A stretch of 64,000 bases of DNA from Eukaryota sp. GEM-RC1 (GCA_040285855.1 JAUFOQ010000010.1:1426001-1490000); one strand, 5' to 3'. Positions 1 to 13,634 are shown, numbered from the stretch's first letter. Program-made: numbers and translations. Notes: generated by a model from the sequence alone, not told the origin.

Positions 1-108
1 TCCTTTCTCCAAGGTTTAGACGAAGAAGCTCCTTTCAGTGAGTCTGCTGAGAACAATGAGCTCTTATCCTCCGATTCTGAAGCTTTATTGGACTCTGATG
101 AAAATTAA
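1..108 (+). CDS. 3' end of an ORF entering the window (acidic tail), product unknown
   Basis: Open frame SFLQGLDEEAPFSESAENNELLSSDSEALLDSDEN ending in TAA at 106-108. Confidence 0.25.
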   Translation, partial: SFLQGLDEEAPFSESAENNELLSSDSEALLDSDEN

Positions 109-1504
109 CCTAGATTCTATTAAGTTAGTTTCTTTGCGTTGTTCATTGTTCCTTAGACTGTTTTTGTCTTGCTGTAGTACGTGAGCTACTAATCACTGTT
201 TTGATTGAAATTCTTGGGGGTGTGTTATTGAACACTGCTTCCGTTGTATTACATTAACTCTATGAAGTTATCTTGGTCACGTGATCATGAACCTCAATAA
301 ATGTTGTATTTACTCATGCAAGTCAGGTCAATTATCTCATATGATTGCTGAGAAAAGCCATAAAATCCAAGGTTGTATTATAACAATCATAACTTAATTA
401 GTCTTACTGAGACTATTTAAAACATATTCAAACTTTCTTTGTATAGTTTAATCGAGAAAACACTATTGATCGTTGGGAAATACAGTCTTATGAAGACAAT
501 CACCATGTCCTTTTTCAATTTCTCGAAAGTACAATTGGCTATTTTTTCGTTGTAAATGAAAGTCTACAGAGAATTCAAGTCTAACCAGGGCTGTCCAAGA
601 ATTAATTTTTTCCATAAGATTAGTCTTTAATTTGGGTTACATACAATACCCTAAAATGAGAATTACGGAAATTGATTTATTGGTACTCAAATAATACAGA
701 AATTACTTGACGAACAAGTGTGTCCCATAAAATCAAAAGACAGTTGTAAATCTCAAATATTCAATAATGTAATTAAATATATACTCCGGTTTCTCTCTCA
801 CTTTTTTCACAAACAGAACAAAATGTCAACATGTACGATTGACTACTCTTTAAGAACAGGTGATAATAGCAAATTTGTTTATTCTTCCTTCACGACTGGT
901 GCACACTGCCTTAGCTCACTTCAACACTCAAAATGATAGTTCTGATATACTTGCTTCGGGAAATCATGAACTTTTTACACAGGTAAAATCTGTGTATTTC
1001 CTTAGGTCGAGCCGTTCAATAGCTCCTTCTAAAACTGAAATACCAATATCATAGTATCTGACTAATAAACATGTTAGACTAATAAACACAATATAGATAT
1101 CACAACATTTATTCGCTTTCATGACGTAAATTAATTTCGTAACAAAATTTCGGAAATTAATTAACGGACATGATCTAATACAAATAATATTCTGTGGTTC
1201 AGTCTCGTTGCAAAATAGAACAGTACTACACTTTTTCACTAGAACTAGTGACTTCACTAGTGCCAACCAGTGCTGATTGACGCATTGTTTATCATTCAAC
1301 AACTCCAACACATCAGCAATACATCATGTGATACATCAGTTCTTTTCTAGCTTTACAATCAATTCAACTATTGATAGTAATTGATGTTCAGTGTTCTTAG
1401 TAACATTCAAGATGAAGCAGATTTTATAGTCTAACAATTTCTAATTATCCATTGTACTCAATGCAAAAATATCAGGGTGATTGGAATTTCTGACTAGCAT
1501 TGAT

Positions 1505-3546
1505 TTAAACCATTTTATTAACCCAAATAATAGAATTAGCAAACAACTTGTGTCCTTCAGTTGAACTTGACCAATTCCATCCACCAGAATTAGCATCACT
1601 AGACCCACAAAAGAACCCAAACTCTACAAGTCTACCTCCACCAACTTCTTTCTTTGCAATTAAAGGAATTCCAGAATTAACAGTAGCTAATAGAGTTCCA
1701 TTAACAGACTTTTGAGTTTGAAAACCACAGTTAGTAGAAAAACTGTTTACATTAAGAAAAATAGGATCATTTGATAGAGTTTTTACCATGTCAAGTTGAG
1801 TTTGTCCGTTAAGATAGTTACCATCACCACCACCATTGAAACAAGAATTACTAAATCCTCCTTGGATATTACTTGGCCAACAATTAAACAAAACAAAACC
1901 CTTGCCTTGGTTTAAAAACTGGTCAAGAAATTGACCTGGACAAGGACAACAATGACTTTCAACAACTAAAACATCATAGTTTTCAAGTTCTTCAAAGCTT
2001 TGAACTTTACTGGTGAATGAATTAATTGAAAGATTAACAGTTTTCCAATTTCCAGCAAAACCTTTTTTAATTTTTTCAGTGAGATCCTGAATATGATAAG
2101 TCGAAAAAACTCCAACATTAATTCTTAAAGAAATCTCTCTACCCAAGAATTTTCTACCAATTACTTGAATTTCATCTCCAATAAGATTTTTAAGAATAAC
2201 TTTTTCCAACCAAATTTCTCTGTTTTGATTTGAAGCATTATCTAAATTGATTCTTGATAATAAATTACCAGGAATAACTGGAATTTCAGGAACACTTTCG
2301 AAAGAGAAATTATTGATAACATTTGACAACAATTCTACATTGGAATGTTCAATAAAAGTACCAACAAGAGCAAGAAATTCTTCTTCAGTTGGTGAATTAA
2401 ACTCTAGTTTTTCAAACATTAAATTGGTTAATTCAGAGTTAAGTTCTTTAATCCAATTAAATTGAGATATTGAAATAGGTTGAGAGTTATTGATGAAATT
2501 ATTGAATAAATTGAGTTTCAATTCATGAGGAATTTCAATTACCACGAGTTCTTGTAATTCTGAGAAATTGATAGAAAAATCATCAGAAATTTGAGCAATT
2601 GTTAATATTTCCTTGGATTTTGAAGACACATCAAACATATCAACATCAACGAAATCTTTCTTCACCAATCTGGACAACAATTTCAAATGAAAAGACTTTG
2701 CATTTTCTTCAATGAATTCAAAGCTTTCATTAAATGATTGTTGAAAGCTTTTAAAACCTCTACAACATTTTCAATAAACTCATTGCCTTTTTCTCTCAAC
2801 TCTTTGTCAAAAGCTAGAGCACAACTCACGGTATTTCCAGTACCAAGATCAACAATCTTTTGAGATGATTCTCTAACCAAGTTGTTGATCAAATCATAAA
2901 GAATTGTCTGAGTATTGACAAGAACTTCAGCAACAACCTTTTCTACTTCTTCTTTATTTCCAGAGACTTTCGAAGTTGCGTTGGACAAAGAGAGGTGGAG
3001 CTCTTTGACTTGGAGTTCAAAGTCCTCTTTGGCTTGTGAAAGAGGAATTAATTCCTCACAGTGTTTAGCGTGACCCATTAAAAGTCCACATGAGTCACAT
3101 ATGGATACCAAACACTTGGTACAGAAGTGTTCGAGAGGTTTAGAGGGGTGGCGAGGGCATTTGGAAGAAGAGATGTTGGGTTTTTGGTTGAGAGGAACAA
3201 CTGAGTGGGATCGGAATAGCTTAGGTTTATGAGCAGCGGTTGAACAATCACTACAAAGGACGGCGTCACAGTCACCACAGAAAAGAGTGGCGGGAGCTTC
3301 TTCACATTCAAAACAGATGGGCGCATCTTGCTTTGAGTTTTTAGCAATTTCAATAGCTTCTCGCAAAGCGATGTTTACACGGAGAGGAGATGAAGGTATT
3401 GGTTCCCGGCAAACGGGACAAGAAGCCACTTCTTTCTGTTTTAACCATTGCACAAGACATTTGTCACGGCAAAAGCTGTGACCACATAGAAGCGTTGTGG
3501 GATTCTCCATTAGTTCTTCACAAACAGAACATTCAAGATGAGACAT
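1505..3546 (-). CDS. TRIM-like E3 ligase: RING + two B-boxes + coiled coil + C-terminal alpha/beta domain (one frameshift at ~2690)
   Basis: C3HC4 RING (CSVC...CGHSFC...CPVC), B-box1 (CFECEEAPATLFCGDCDAVLCSDC...H), B-box2 (CPRH...FCTKC...CDSC...H..H), then a helical segment. ORFs 2683-3546 and 1505-2686 fuse if one T is added to the CTTTTCA run (QSLF-HLKLL). Confidence 0.85.
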
Positions 3547-3612
3547 TTAAGGAGGTTAATAAAAGAAATTTTTGAGCTCCTCTTAATCCAATTAAGAGTC
3601 AAATACATGTAG

Positions 3613-4552
3613 TAGAGCTGTCAACGACTTGAGCCGAATGGTTTGGCTTGTAAAATTCCAAACTGGTTCGGCTTTGGCTTGAGCCATTTGAGTAAGCCGA
3701 ACCAAAGACAAGTCGACTTGAAGCCGAGCCAAACCAATATTTTTTCGGCTTGAATTAACAAATATTTTGTAATTGTTTCTATTGATGAAACTCATCACAA
3801 ACTACTTTCGTTTTAGTACAAAGGTGGATGAATACCTTGATGTCTTGTGAATCTAAAGAATGAGCAGATTCATCGTTTTCGTCATCACTACAATAAACTA
3901 ATGCATAGCCATAATTGAGCCAATCCTTCAAGCATTAATGAAGTTAAAGATTCGTGGTCAAGTGATGATCTTTTTTTGTACTTGATATGGTCAGCAAGGG
4001 AAAAAACCCTTTCACAGGGAACTGAGATTACAGGAATGATCAGGAAATCTCTGCCAAAGTAGGATACTCTTTACTGTACAATTTCCACTATACAAGCGGA
4101 CATGATTTAATATCGTTTGGATATAAACTCTTGTACCTTTGAAATTGATCTTCTTCCACTATAACCTCATGACTATCAGGGGGAAATTCATTGGTGATTT
4201 TTCAGTCATGAGAGAGAAGCAGTAAATCTACAATAGTAGAGGTTAGGTTTGAGGAATTTCATCAGTAATGATCACAGTTATGAGTGCGCTAGCGGTTTTT
4301 CTATAACTTTTTGTATTTGTTTGTACGTCTTATGAATCGATGTATGTACTGAACTTGGTCAACTTGTTCATTTACTTTTTCTATTGTTCGAAGTAAGTTC
4401 AAGCCGCGGTTTGAGCCGAATGGTTTGGCTTGGAGAAATCCAAACTGGTTCGGCTTTGGCTTGAGCCATTTGAGTAAGCCAAGCCAAATTTCGATATGTC
4501 TTGGCTCAAGTCGTTCGGTTTACGGCTTGAGCCGAACCGTTTGACACCTCTA
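3613..4552 (-). mobile_element. Non-autonomous hAT element
   Basis: TIRs TAGAGCTGTCAA / TTGACACCTCTA and subterminal GAGCCGAA/TTTGGCTT repeats. Minus-strand remnant of the hAT dimerisation domain (WKLYSKEYPTL..DFLIIPVISVPCERVFS...KKRSSL). Right flank TCAAATAG; left flank TCAAATA[CATGTA]G. Confidence 0.85.
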
Positions 4553-4722
4553 TCAAATAGTAAACATACTTTGTGACAAATTATTTGCTCAAACTGGAAA
4601 AAGATTTACAATACCGTACGTTCAGAGTGTCAATAGTTTCTTGGTCTCATACAGAATCTGATTTTGAATTGTCACAAGATTTGGCCTTTGAGCGTTCTGA
4701 TTCAAATACTTTGGTTCAGAAC

Positions 4723-5328
4723 TAGGGTTGTTAATCAGTTCAGTTCAGTTCAGCCCACTAGCTCTATGAACTGAACTGAAAGTTCACTACCATTGGACTG
4801 AACTGTAAACTGAACTGAAAACTGAACCAAATGAACTGGCATATGATGATTAATGTTAATCATACAACAATTCCTATATTTGAATAGATGTTGCTATTTC
4901 TTGGTTGACCAGATAGTCACTTCAAAGCAGATTGTCACTCACACTATGTCAATTATAGTATAGTTTCGCTAATATGATCGTCATGTTTAGGTTTTGGACT
5001 ATGTGGACGTGTTGCTTTTAAACTCAGATTGTACTGTTTCTCTTTAACGGTTGTTTTGCCGAATTAATTTGTGTGTATGAAGTCATATTGTAATGATTTG
5101 ATTGATGTCTCCGCTTTTGATGAAAATACTGTAAATGTATTGTCAGATGTTCACAAGTGTTAGTGTTTTATTATGTATTGCTGTCCGTAAAACGGTCATG
5201 TAAACGGACGATTATCTATATTGATGGTTTTTAAACACACAAAATTGGTGAGTCCCCAGGTGATCAGTTCACTCAGTTCAGTTCAGTTCATCGAGGTTTG
5301 AACTGAACTGAACTGATTAACAACCCTA
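4723..5328. mobile_element. hAT-type MITE (606 bp)
   Basis: Perfect TIR TAGGGTTGTTAATCAGTTCAGTTCAGTTCA, perfect 8-bp TSD TTCAGAAC (4715-4722, 5329-5336), subterminal GAACT repeats. Confidence 0.95.
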
Positions 5329-6853
5329 TTCAGAACCATGGTTGAGAATTAAAAACATTCACTTTGTGATTTTGTGAGTCAAAACAATCACATCACAACA
5401 TCACAATGATTGAACATAATATATTCTGGAAAGTTAATGAAATGTAACAACTGAAGTAAGCGTCTTGTTCTTACGCTTGATTTCACGCCGTGTAAGACCT
5501 TTGGGGTTTTTATTATTAAGGTCCAATACTATAACAAATCCGACCTTTGAGTAATAATATCAAAGTGATTCACATTGTTAACTGTCCAAATGGGCTATCA
5601 GATTTCGTAACTCTACAATCGTATCCCACAGGATGTTTCTCAAGGCAGTTTGCAAACAGGATGTAAGCTAGTTATATTTCTTCATATAGGTCTTTGATAG
5701 ATGGGGAGTATTGAAACATTTGTTTAGAAAAACAGACATTAATTGCTTCTTCAGTTCCTATGTTAAATTTACTTCTATCTCATAAGTTGGCGAACCGAAT
5801 TCTTGTACTTAACATTGTCTATCATAGTTACCGCCAATACGTACGATTACAGAAAATCAAACAGTACATATTCATCAAAAGATAATTCTGGTACCGTTTA
5901 ATTCATAAAAATACAAAAGTACAGTTTTCATTCGGTAAAAACCAATACAACAAATAGATGATTTTTTCAGTATGAGAAACACAGGATTTGTATTTTCCAA
6001 GTACAATGTTCTGAACCATAGCTTGAAATTATGAACTGGAAAAATTATTATTATTATTATTATTATGATTATTATTATTACAAGCATAATTCCATAATAT
6101 TGATAATTATAGCAATGACAAACCAAACAGAATTTTGGAATGGAAAACAATCGAAACTCATCTACATGTACGGTTACTGCTGGTAATAATGAGGCTTTTC
6201 TTCTTCGTTGAGATCAGAATGCTCTGAAACGTTCTAACTTGCAATATATAGCAAGACACAAGACAATAGTAGGTATGTATTTTCGACAAGTATGATGAAA
6301 AAAGATTATTATTATTATTATAGAAATTATTATTATTATTATATCAAATTATTATGGAAGAATTTTATAATTTCAAGCTATGTTCTGAACCATCTGCGAT
6401 AATAAGTGTTCTATGTTCCAATGATGTGTATTATCATTGACAAACCCGTTAAACACTCTATTTTGATATCACAACATTTATTCGCTTTCATGACGTAAAT
6501 TACGGAACTACAGTAAATTACTGAAATTATTTAACGGATCTGATTTATTACAAGGTACACACTTGTCCGACACAGTTCCAAAACTGGGTTCAACTTGGTT
6601 CCAGAACTGATAACTTGTGCTTTTCAGAAGCTAAAGATCGTTCTTTGACACAAATTCACTGGTCACTCCTGGAACTCTAAGAATTTGAGGAATGTATGCC
6701 ACACCAACCCAGTAATTGAAAAGTAATGGTTAAATTATTGGTCACAGTTTATAGCTTTAAACTTTTCCTTTTGAAAACAATTCATCCTGTGTTTTAAGAG
6801 AAATTGAAAAGAGACTTTTACTTACAAAACAGATGACTACTAACCATAACTAC

Positions 6854-7402
6854 CTAGTAACGTCTACAGACAATGCTAGCAGGCTTCATGAAATGATTAC
6901 GGTCAAACACACGTTTTTCAAAACCGGTAACATCAACCATGAAGTGGGATTGATCATCTTCGTCTATATCACCAAAAGCGACAAGGGCATCGTCTTTGGC
7001 ATAGAATACCTGAGCTCCGGAGGGTCCTTTCTTGTTTACCCAGACTTCAACTTGAAAATCTTTGTACTTGATGGTGCCGTTCAGAGTCATGGTGGAGACG
7101 TAGAGGTTGGAGAGGGGGAACAGATCTTCTGTCTCAATGCACATCTTCTTACCTTCATAATCAAAAACTGACTGCATGATACCATTAGGGACTCCAAGCT
7201 TATGGATGTAGGAAACGGATTCCATACCCCCGCCAATGACAGCGTTCATTTTCGCACGACCGAATCCGTCTAGTTTTTGATCCACATCAATGGTAGCAAA
7301 CAGATCGTCGTCGTCGCCATGGAACTTGAAAGTAAAACTGTCAGGGAGCTTAAAGGCTTGGGTGCATAACACCACGGTAAAACATATGAGAAGCAGTTTC
7401 AT
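6854..7402 (-). CDS. Small secreted protein (182 aa), function unknown
   Basis: Intact ORF from MKLLLICFTVVLCTQA (signal-peptide-like), GC-richer than flanks, conserved paralog at 9725-10119. Confidence 0.75.
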   Translation of the reverse strand: MKLLLICFTVVLCTQAFKLPDSFTFKFHGDDDDLFATIDVDQKLDGFGRAKMNAVIGGGMESVSYIHKLGVPNGIMQSVFDYEGKKMCIETEDLFPLSNLYVSTMTLNGTIKYKDFQVEVWVNKKGPSGAQVFYAKDDALVAFGDIDEDDQSHFMVDVTGFEKRVFDRNHFMKPASIVCRRY

Positions 7403-7450
7403 GTGGATGTGGAGGAAATGAAATGGACAACTTTCAGGTCGACTCACATC

Positions 7451-8387
7451 TAGGATTGTAATTTTGAGTCAAGCTGACTCACTGAGATTTGAGTCAGTCA
7501 GCTCGAGTCAGGCTTATTTGACTTATGAGTCGAGTCAAGCCTGTATCTTTGTTTGTGAGTCAGCTCGAGTCAGGCTTATTTGACTTATGAGTCGAGTCAA
7601 GCCTGTATCTTTGTTTGTGAGTCAGCTCCACTCAAGTTTACTCTAATGAATATAATTTAGTACAATTTAAACGTACTCTATTACAATCACGTGGACATGG
7701 AATTAGTAGCTGTTCTCTGTATAAATTAATTTGCTTGTTAATGTGCGGGATGAGATGAGAGCTTACTTATCAACAGGCATAGTCGATGCTGCGGTGGATC
7801 CCCTAGATTGGTCGAAACGCTCACTAACCCAATCTGTAATAGATTCTATCACTACATCATGACCATTCGAAAGAAGTAGAGTTTCAAAAGCATCAGTGGG
7901 TGTGAAGTTTTCGACAGTTTCTTTAGTATAGATTCCAATCAGATTATCATAGCTTAGTTCACGACTACTTCAGCATTCAGCCAAGTTCAGCAGCAATTGA
8001 ACGTTTGTTCTCTGCTGCAAACCAAATTGTAACAAAGAAAAGGGCTAGACTATCTGCAACACTGCAATGAGTTTATTGTGTCTAGTAGTGTAGACACTGT
8101 CTACACTCGTGGTACGGAATAGGTGTATTAAATTCAGATCAGTAGAAAACAGTACATGTACTACAAATGCTACATGTCATGTAGCATTTGTGTTATGTTA
8201 TAGTAAAATAGAAAAGAGCAGTCAAAACGAGTCAGCTCGAGTCAGGCTTGGTTGACTCATGAGTCAAGTCAAGTCAAAGGTAGTCAAAATAAGTTAGCTC
8301 GAGTCAGGTTTTGTTGACTCATGAGTCAAGTCAAGCTTCAAATTGTACGCTTGACTCGACTTGACTCGGCTCATTTTAACAACCCTA
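7451..8387 (+). mobile_element. Non-autonomous hAT element
   Basis: Termini TAGGATTGT / ACAACCCTA, perfect 8-bp TSD CTCACATC (7443-7450, 8388-8395), subterminal GAGTCA repeats. Internal hAT dimerisation remnant DYFSIQPSSAAIERLFSAANQIVTKKRARLS. Confidence 0.92.
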
Positions 8388-8859
8388 CTCACATCATTTC
8401 CATCAGATAGTCATTACTAGTCTTGTCTCTGCCAATTATTTAATCAAATGAGATTTGTGTTCCTGGTGAAATCTACATCAATATGACTAACACTGTTGTT
8501 ATATGTATGTTGAAACATCTCATCGTTGATAATCCTAGTTAGGGTCTGACTATAATAAAAAAGATACAATTATCCTCGAACATGAGTTTTTGTTAAGAAA
8601 TTACACATGTAAATCAATCAGAAATCGTCTTGAGAAAGTGTATGAAAATTGTGTTCTTCTACCTAGACTCTAGTTTACTTCTCTTCAAAATCTTTTCATA
8701 ACATGAATGCTTTAACTGAACCCAATAGTGTTGCTTTTTGTTTACTTTCACTTGCTGGACATATTGTGAATAAAAAGAGTCTGTCCAATCTATTGTATGT
8801 CTTCACTTATAACTAACGTCAAACCTAGATTAGTAGAGAAGTCCTTTTCACACAACTAA

Positions 8860-9210
8860 ACTACTCTTCCAAATACTTATTGCTTCCCTTCCGATTGTTT
8901 CTGCAACAACCTCCATTCTCTGCAAAGAGACAACCTTCTTACTGATACTGTCATCACTTACGATGGCAACTCTTTCCACTGTCATTCCTTCGTCGTCAGT
9001 GCTTTCAGTCCTGTTCTTAAGGAGAAGTGTCTGGAATCTACCACAATAGAGTTCCATGTACTTCCTTTTCTTACAGATCCTGAAATCTTCTTCTGAGTTC
9101 TGTCCACTCTCTATGGTCAATCTCTTACTGTTACTCCAGAAAATGTTACATGTGTCTCTGTCATTGCTTTTCTTCTTCAGTTTCAAGAGTTAACTGAGTT
9201 TGTTGTATAG
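8860..9210 (+). pseudogene. 5' fragment (first BTB region) of the BTB-SEL1 family
   Basis: Matches the reverse complement of ~43300-43650 (LPNTYCFPSDCFCNNLHSLQRDNLLTDT...YGQSLTVTPENV...LLQFQEL); truncated at both ends. Confidence 0.85.
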
Positions 9211-9724
9211 AAATATGTTCTCACATTGATCAGAAGCACGGGTTTTCTGTGTGTTTCTTGAACGTGCCAGGTCATTTCCATTAGAAGTGAACAATCGGTC
9301 TGGTTATAATTGAATGATCATGTTTCCCAAGGATTTGAAGTAAGAATAGCATTTCAAAGTGAGTTTCATCTCTTAGTTTTGTTTGTGCCGTTTTCTGTCA
9401 TCGATCTATGAGAGATATGATGCATCTGTGTATAATACACTAAATATATATACACTGTATATATTTTAATTGATGACTTTTAGGATAGTGTGTTTTACGG
9501 TAATGTAATACTAGTATTTCCAGCCCCTGGTTTTACCACACTTTTTAGGATCATCAACGATATCATCTTCAAGACACATAAACAACAATAATTGTTCTTC
9601 ATATGGTGTAGTTTTCAACAGGAATACGAATCTTATTAATTAGATCAATAGAATCACTGTCCTTAAAGACGTAATGTTGTCAATCAATGTAATCCAGATC
9701 CAGATTCATTTCCTCCACATCCAC

Positions 9725-10119
9725 ATGAAACTGCTTCTCATATGTTTTACCGTGGTGTTATGCACTCAAGCCTTTAAGCTCCCTGACAGTTTTACTTTCA
9801 GTCTCTTTTTGATGTTGAAGGGAAGAAAATGTGTGTTGAGACCGCTGACGTTATGTTCCCCCTCTCCAACCTCTACGTCTCCACCATGAAGCTGAACGGC
9901 ACCATCAAGTACAAAGAAGTGGAAGTTGAAGTCTGGGTAAACAAGAAAGGACCCCCCGGAGCTCAGGTATTCTATACCAAAGACAATGGCCTTGTTGCTT
10001 TTGGTGATGTAGAAGAAGGCGAAGCTCATGCTATGGTTGATGTTTCCGGTTTTGAAACACGTGTGTTTGAGCGCAAACATTTTATCAAGCCTGATGGCAT
10101 TATATGTAGACGTTACTAG
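9725..10119 (+). pseudogene. Inverted paralog of the secreted protein with a 154-nt internal deletion
   Basis: First 25 aa identical to the 6854-7402 gene, then a frameshifting jump to SLFDVEGKKMC; same C-terminus ending CRRY. Confidence 0.85.
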
Positions 10120-11039
10120 TTTGGTTTGAATAATAGTGATTATGTAAATGTCTTTTTTAATTTTTCTGTAAATTTCACATCAATGTCAGCTCTTGGAATA
10201 GCAACACGACTTCTCTTGACTTCACATTGTGTTTAGAACTGTGACTGTGCTTTCTCTATAAACAAGCCTATCAATAACATTGTTTCTGACCAAAAATCAC
10301 AGTAGATATAGAGGTCACTGCATTCATTCATTTCGATGACGTTCTTTTTGGTATCATTGTAAATTGCAGAAAATATCGTATGGTTCTAGTAAGTTCCAGT
10401 ATAACATGACAATTGATATATGACGTTGTTTTACTTCTGAATGACTTTAAAAATTAGTCATAATGTAACACTAATTTATGGTTCGTCTTTAACACACCCT
10501 GTAGAATATCACCCCACTAGAAATACCAGCCTTCGTGACTAGTACAATTATAGGGCTAGAAGCATATATAGTGGATAACAGAACTAAGTTCCGGAGCATA
10601 GCTTCTTCATATATTTCCGTACATAAAAAACACGTTGCTACAAACAAATTTTAAAATTCAAAAACTTTAATCAAATGACCAGGTCTCACGAAATTTTTGA
10701 GATACGAACCATAAGCACATTCCTTCTAGTGATCCTTCTGCTTGTACAAATACTACCACAAACAGCTCAGGTATATTGGTCAATCTGAGTAAAATGTTAA
10801 GTGGGTAATTCAATAACATATTTGGTAAAAGTATGACAACAAATGCACTGGTTTATTAATTGACTGAAATACAGTATAGAAACAAAATCCAGTTCTATAT
10901 GGTCAAAATGGATCACATAAATATAACAAAATTGAGCATGTACAAGAGAAATAATTTTGATCAGCATCATTCAAACGCAACTAAATTTCTAAAATTTGTT
11001 TCCAGTAAGAGCATTTAATTCTATGTTTTGAAAGTGTAT

Positions 11040-13634
11040 CTAAATGTTGCTCTGTTTTAAAAGAACAGAATTTCCTCGTAAATCACTCTCAGAAACAGAT
11101 GAGTTATGTAACAAGGCTTCACCTAAAGCAATTGCTCCGTTGTCAGTAATAAAATTAGACTCAAGAATAATCTTGGTAACTGAAGAATTGACTTTAAACG
11201 CATCAGCCAAAGCTACTGCTCCTTCATTATCAATAGAATTGCACCGTAAAGCAATCGTAGTTAGGGGAGGAATTCTGCTTTAACGCCTCACTCAAAGCCA
11301 ATGTACTCTTAACTCCCATAGAATTGCTACCAAAATTAATTGATGAAAGGGCTGATGATCCTATATTCAAGGCTTGTATGATCTGTGACAAGGCTACGTC
11401 AGACAGTCCACACTCACTGAAGTCAACAGAAGTCAAGGAAGTATTGGTCTTGATCAAATCACATAAGGAAGTGATTGTATCATTAGAAAATCGAAATCGG
11501 GTAAGTGTTAGTGCTTTCATTATGAAACACTGGAAAAAACACTTCAATGCTGAAACAGTAGTAGTATTCATTTGAATTATTTTATAAGGACGAAACAAAA
11601 GCACTCCTTTGTCGACGTCAACTTGATGTGGATGAAGGTCAGTAAAGATCACTGATTTGCTCACAGAAATGATCTGTAATAAACGAATAATGTCATCATT
11701 ACTGTCAAGACTTGATCCTCGACATTCTACACGTTTTATAGGGATCTTTGATTGTAAGGCAGTTAAAAGTGATGATACATCATTGCTTTGAATCATGTCA
11801 ATATAAGAAATTGATCGAGTAATTAGGTCAATTGAATATGGGGGAATTCTAACAGATATTAAGGAACTGCTGGTTGATAAAATTTCAAACAATGTAATAA
11901 GGTCTTGTAAACAACTACAACTACAATCACGACATTCTACACGTTTAATAGGAGTGTTTGATTGAGAAGCTCTAACAAGTAAAGAAGAAACAGTGGAAAT
12001 ACAATTGCGATCTTCATGACAAATAACTCCAAGAGAAACATCAATCGAATGAGGAGAAAGATTAATGTTTGTAGTTAATTTACCAGCTGAAACTAGTTCA
12101 AAAATGGTGAACATAACATTAAGTGTAATACTAGTAGAACAATTACTTAAGTTGATCTTTTTTAAATTTGTGTTGAACTGTAGAGCACTGAGTAAGTTCG
12201 AGAATTGATGATATAGTGAACAGGACGAATATTGGTTGTAAGTAATGAAATCGTCATCAGAAGAGCTTTGGTAATTGCTACACCAATAATCATCAAAGGA
12301 TCTTCACGATCAAGGTGATCGTAACAATGACAGATAACAGGAGATGATTCATTGTCAGTCAAGTAATCATAACAATTACAGAGAACACTTTCAAAATCGT
12401 AATTAGGTATATACAGTCTGGTAGTTTCAATGTAACTGAAGTCAACAGAAGTCAAAGTATCATTGTTCTTAATTAACTCACACAAAAGAATGAATGCATC
12501 ATGGGCAAACCCACAGTCTTTAAGTGTAAGGTCTTTGATACATACAGAGTCCAAAAAGGACTGTAGAAACGTCACGTCTTTAGCTTCAATCTGACTGCAC
12601 GATTGTGGATCACCAGCGAATGACAGCACACCATTTTTAAAATCAAAGATATGAGGATCAAAATCAATAGAGCATGTTATATTGCTATTACATACAGTTT
12701 CACAGTCACGTACGAAAGAACGCAAACGTTTACGACTAGAGGGCAAAATGACTTTCCGGAGTGTTGAACTCTTTTCCAGAGCTTCAACTAATTTTTTAAA
12801 TTGTGATGGCCTAATCTCGAATCCATCCAATTTTAGAATCACTAATGATGTATTATTCCGCAAAATGTTCCCTAACGCCTCGATTTCTTCGTCGTTATAA
12901 GATTGATTACCAACGAGATGTAGTTCTGCTAAAAACCTGTTGGACTCAAGAGATTTAAAAATTGATGAAGACGATAATGGGGATAAACTTCTACTGAAAA
13001 CGTCACAATTGCGAAACGAATAATTGTACGGTAGAATTGAAATTTTAATAATATTGTTGTTTAATAGCGGAACCACTGTATTATGATCACGAAGACGCAC
13101 ATCTGATAAATCAACTTCTTGAATGGAGTTACAGTTAGCAAGTGCATTTATCATTTGAATCCACGATTGATCTTCGAAGGAGGAATCTGATCCAGCAATG
13201 GAAACCTTCCTTAAATGACATTTACTTGAGGAAAAAATTTCAGTGATTAGATTCACTTGTTTGTTTGAACATGCATAAACATTGAGATCGTGCAAAGTTG
13301 GGCTTTCAAGTACATATCTGGCAGTGACCTCGTTAAAGTTTGGATTGGTACCACTGTAACTGTAACTCATAGGTCTAATAGAGAGTGTTCGAAGATCGGG
13401 TAAGAAAAGAGGATCAGAAGGATTGAAGAAGTTATGAGAATATAGGCATTCACTGTCAAGACTAATTGCACGGATAATTGGGGTGAATGGAACAAGATCA
13501 GAACAATTGAACCGGTTAATGACATTTAACTCAATGGAATATAAACGAGTATTGAAAAAAGAAGCAATGTCGGAAAGTTTGAGAACGTTGTCTGGGTAAA
13601 CTTTGAATGTTTTGCTCTCAAAATAGGTTTGAAT
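11040..13634 (-). pseudogene. 3' part of an RI-like LRR gene interrupted by the retrotransposon
   Basis: LRR motifs (LTSVDFSECGLSD, INFGSNSMGVKSTLALSEALKQNSS, VTKIILESNFITDNGAIALGEAL). The frame stays open upstream of 13370 up to the TSD. Homopolymer frameshifts near 12297 and 11265; 3' end approximate. Confidence 0.85.

Noticed and set aside
1096..1185. About 90-bp repeat shared with ~6465-6553
   Set aside because: Real but short; probably a transposon fragment with no structure to interpret.
4723..4840. Short repeat arrays (GTTCA, GAGTCA, GAGCC) as CRISPR-like
   Set aside because: No unique spacers and no cas genes; they are subterminal repeats of hAT elements with TIRs and TSDs.
5875..6150. 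91-aa ORF with poly-Ile
   Set aside because: Produced by an ATT microsatellite; no coding evidence.
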